Of a DNA stretch of 64,000 nucleotides, positions 60,301 through 64,000 are shown piece by piece. The stretch lies in contig NC_088810.1 in NCBI RefSeq assembly GCF_011386835.1, positions 24,180,001 to 24,244,000 of the forward strand. The letters run 5' to 3'. The stretch comes from Chrysemys picta bellii (lineage: Eukaryota). Within the stretch, counting starts at the first letter, position 1; each line of letters opens with the position of its first letter. Under the pieces are notes generated by a model, which saw only the letters and a program-made list of their open reading frames with translations, did not search any database and was not told where the DNA came from. A program made the position numbers and the translations under genes.

Positions 60301-63300
60301 CAGGTTCAGCCCTAGACACAGTAAGGTAGACGCTTGTTTCACTTTCTTGTAACAGGAAAGCAGACTGGAATGGTAAAGAATGAGGATCCAGTAACTAGCA
60401 CACCGCTTTGATGGCACTATTGCATCTTCTCATGCAAACAAGACCAGCTGATACTTACTAAACAGAGGCTGCCCTGCCAGAACTCTCACAGTTATGGTAA
60501 CTCTTTGGCCTGTGAGAATACAAGAGACATTGATAAAGATGGGGGCTGCCATCTGGTGGAGAGATGTGAGATTGACCACACTAACTGGGTAGGAGACAAG
60601 TCCAGGCATGTTGGGTGAATGTTCAGGCTGCCTCACTATTATCACAGGAGAGTTGGGGTGGACCTTTGAAAACAGACAAAAAGCAGTTATTGAAAAGGTA
60701 AACAAAACCAGTACAAGCCAGTTCTGTATAGTACTAGGGTTCTACCAAATTCATGGTCCATTTTGGTCAATTTCATGGTCATAGGATTTTTTAAATCATA
60801 ATTTTCATGATTTCAGCTATTTAAAGCTGAAATGTCACTGTGTTGTAATTGTAGGGGTCCTGACCCAAAAAGAAGTTGTGGGGGGTCACAAGATTATTGT
60901 AGGGGGGGGTTGTGGTACTGCTACCCTTACTTCTGTGCTGCTGGCGGCGGCAACTGCCGTCAGAGCTGGGCAGCTGGAGAGCGGCAACTGCTGGCCGGGA
61001 TCCCGGCTCTGAAGGCAGAGTCACCGCCTGCAGCAGCACAGAAGTAAGGATGGCACAGTATGGTATTGCCACCCTTACTTCTGCACCGCTGCTGGTGGGG
61101 CGCTGCCTTCAGAGCTGAGTGCCCAGCCAACAACCACTGCTCTCCGGCCACCCAGATCTGAAGGCAGCACAGTAGTAAGGATGGCAATACCGCGACCCCC
61201 TTAAAATAATCTTGTGACCCTTTTGCAACTCCCTTTTGGGCCAGGACCCCCAATTTGAGAAATGGTCTCCCTTGTGAAATCTGTATAGTATAGGGTAAAA
61301 GCACACAAGAGACCAGATTTTTTCATGGCCATGAATTTGGTAAGGCCCTAAATATTACACACTTAATAGCGAGGTTATTTACAACAATGCAGTAGTGATG
61401 ATAAGTATTCTCGTAATTACCATCATTTGCAGTGGGTAGCAGAATACTGGATGTGCTGATACTTCCAGAAACGTCCTGGGCCTGCTGGCATGACCTTGCA
61501 GACACAGTGCACACAAAGTTATGCGGCATGGGAGGTGGCATTGTGAAGACTGCACCACCCTGCCCTGGCGGGTCTGACCTCGCACAGAGAGAGAGAGAGT
61601 GTGTGCGCGTGTGGTCACTCCAGTGGGGGCAGAGTGGCGAGCTCTTCATCCAGTTTTCTTTCAGTATCAGACAGGCGACAAACCACCCCAAAAGAGGATT
61701 GTCCAGTTGGAAACTGGACAAATGGCCTGCCTAGCAGTGGGGTTACTGTAACTTAGGTTCTCCTTTGTCTGCCTGCCCACCATTTTCCCCCCTCCTGACA
61801 TAAAAGAGGGGAAGTGCTCAATTACTGTAAAAAACCACCACTGTTTCCAAACACAGAAGTAACTCAATCATTTCTTGAAAAATCTCCCACAAGGGACTGC
61901 TCAGACCGCACCTACTGTACCGGGATCAGATTTTCCCTACAGATACATCCTAAACAGAAGGAAGAAAGGTATGTGTATGCCCCAGGAATGGAGGGGCAGA
62001 GAGCTTTTTATGTACCTCCAGCTTTTCTAACACTTTCTCAGCTCCCAGCACTCTGATCTTGCCATTTAGTTGTTTGCTGCTAAAAACCAATTCAGACTGG
62101 TTGAGGTAAAATGCGGGGAGGAAGGGAACCAGGATTCTTTGCATTCCATCCTTGCTTTGTTCACTGAAGAGACAGACCATCACATCTACAGAGACCTCAG
62201 CAAAACTCAAAGCCAGCAGGACTTCATCAGACTGGGGTTTAGCAGTGATTATGCAGGCATAGAGACCTAAATTCAAGATGGGGAAAACCAAAGAATAAAC
62301 ATTCAGAGGTCTTGTGTTTGATTGTTTTTAATACATAAGCCATCTATCACCGGAAAACTACAAACAGTGAGGGGAAAGGAGAATTCACTATGCATATTCT
62401 TACCCAATGCTAACAAGTCAGCAGAAACAATGTTTGTGAAACAACACCATGTTCTCAATCCGGTGGAGAAATGGGAATTTTGTGGGAAGAAAAAAAAATC
62501 AAAAATGAAAAATCCCCCCAAATCCCTGGCCCTTTCCCTTGAAAGGGGCTGGCGTGCCTACCTTTTTCAATACTGAAGTGTGACCGGACATGAAAGACTT
62601 TACTTGCTGGAATATCCAGCACAGTGCTGCTGAACTCAACTTGACATAGCAGGTGAGACTCTGGGCGAAGCAGATTAGTGATTGCATAAACCTGACTAGG
62701 GCTGCATGGGCCTAGAAGAAAGAGAACGGGAAGAATGAATGAGCTAGTATTATCACAACGGATCTTTCTATCAAGCCCAGGTGGTGAAGCTTTCTCTGGT
62801 GGCTAGACCAGCTGAGAGGCCAGTCTATCATTTCCATCCAACCTACACTTCCCAGACAGAAGATTCTTTCCCAGTAGGTCACTGACACCTACAATCATTT
62901 CAACGGCAAAGTACAAAGCTGAGTTTGAAACAGACAACATGTTTTTCTTACTTAAAACCTAGGGCTTGGAAACTGAAGTTTTTATTGACAGCATAAGAAT
63001 AGGCCTTGTCTAGACAAGGCATACATTAAAAGAATTTCCTATTTTACATGAGAAAATATCCCTAATTTTGATATTCTTGGAAGGACACATAGGCTGTACC
63101 AATAATCTGTAGTCTAGCAGTTACAAAGGTTGAACTGTAATTTCATCACATTTTAGGGTTATAAAGCCTGCATAGTTTATACTGACTTTGAATAAAGTGC
63201 TAGAGGTAGGGTGACCAGATGTCCCGATTTTATAGGGACAGTCCCGATTTTGGGGTCTTTTTCTTATATAGGCTCCTATTACCCCCCACCCCCTGTCCCG

Positions 63301-63652
63301 ATTTTTCACACTTGCTGTCTGGTCACCCTAGCTAGAGGACCAGTTTATAAATTGCTTTTTACCTGCAACTCAGTTTCTCTCAAATATGAGGGCACCTACA
63401 GAAGACACACATTTGCTCTCCCATGGAACAAACACTAGAACCGAACCACCCCATTACCTGCAGCAGTTCAGTAGTTTAGGCCAAGCTGGAGGAATTTAGA
63501 AGAAGCCAGCAGTAATAGGTCTTACCTCTGAGGCTTGTTCCTGCCCTGCCTGTGGCAACGAAAACCCAGACTGCAGAAGAGTTAGGAGTATTGGTTAGGT
63601 AGCTTTTGGGACCAAGGTGGAGGCTTAATCTTGATGACCCATTGACAACTAC
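57334..63652 (-). CDS. NUP210L: Nucleoporin 210-like, last seven coding exons (5' part lies right of the window); complement(join(57334..57425,57909..57983,59538..59642,60459..60663,62016..62266,62562..62711,63526..63652))
   Basis: VVVNGSSRLSLHLGPKSYLTNT, LCQVEFSSTVLDIPASKVFHV, MQRILVPFLPAFYLNQSELV, VSVVNLTSLHQMAAPIFINVSC, TM GSYQILLFTLFAVLAATAVIFL, YNAFLTRVQTVPIVYVPT and LWLWSVRRRHV* match recalled NUP210L. Phases chain correctly; tail-to-tail with RPS27 as in human. Confidence 0.93.
57588..57701. mobile_element. Short internally deleted palindromic interspersed repeat (AGACAAGGTGGG..ATCTTTTATTGG / CCAACAAAAGATTACCTCCCCCATCTT), reptile-type
   Basis: Imperfect inverted arms visible; family assignment from recall only. 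Confidence 0.55.
60735..61350. mobile_element. Non-autonomous hAT element (616 bp) in a NUP210L intron
   Basis: 24-bp TIRs TAGGGTTCTACCAAATTCATGGTC / GGCCATGAATTTGGTAAGGCCCTA; decayed 8-bp TSD TATAGTAC / AATATTAC. Confidence 0.85.
63207..63330. mobile_element. hAT (Blackjack/MER81-like) MITE, 124 bp, in a NUP210L intron
   Basis: TIRs TAGGGTGACCAGA / TCTGGTCACCCTA; perfect 8-bp TSD GCTAGAGG (63199-63206 and 63331-63338). Confidence 0.92.
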
Positions 63653-64000
63653 CTAAAACATAAATCTGGGTATAAATCTGTGTTCGAAAGACTGGTGTGT
63701 TCATATGGACAGTGGGGAGTTTTATTGCTGTAACTATTTTTCTGCTACTGAACATTCTCCAGAACCAAGCCATGTTATTACCTTGGGGACCAGACTGTCA
63801 TTCACACTCAGTCCCCCTTACACTGTCAGAGTGGTGTAAAAGAATCAAGCTCTTAGTGTCTTCTTTTTAAAGACCCTATTCACTTACTTACAGGACTGTT
63901 TTTCCTACCGAGCAACTGAATCCAGGTTTGCAAATTATCCCATGTCAAGTTACAGGAAAAACCCTGGTTTTGCAGCACCATAACAGAGTCTTCAGCCAAT

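Noticed and set aside
63905-64000. Possible additional NUP210L exon at the right edge
   Set aside because: The translation does not match the expected upstream sequence and the phase does not fit the phase-0 acceptor at 63652.

Overview
Vertebrate genomic DNA with spliceosomal introns. The repeat families look like turtle ones (inference). The region is a GC-rich, microchromosome-like block with the gene order of human 1q21.3: CRTC2 exon 1 (-), SLC39A1/ZIP1 (-), CREB3L4 (+), JTB (-), RAB13 (-), RPS27 (+) and the last seven coding exons of NUP210L (-). All exon chains were rebuilt by hand from GT-AG boundaries and phase, and they are intact. Four features stand out. (1) An intact three-exon CART-family neuropeptide gene lies between CREB3L4 and JTB, where human has no such gene; it has an RE1/NRSE-like site in its 5'UTR. 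(2) RAB13 intron 1 starts with a ~1.5 kb tandem array in which each 81-103 bp unit re-copies the last 32 nt of exon 1 plus its GTGAGT donor. This gives 16 extra 5' splice sites, all unproductive in this allele. (3) An RTE-clade LINE insertion shows a twin-priming-type 5' inversion and a 14-bp target-site duplication. (4) The RPS27 promoter carries five copies of an 18-bp composite motif (GACCTTYYYAANATGGCG, YY1-like core) at ~56-bp periodicity. The window also holds many GC-rich minisatellites, hAT MITEs with TSDs, a Penelope-like fragment, MIR-like SINEs, and an abrupt GC-to-AT transition at ~55 kb. Most long ORFs in the supplied track are artefacts of GC-rich repeats.
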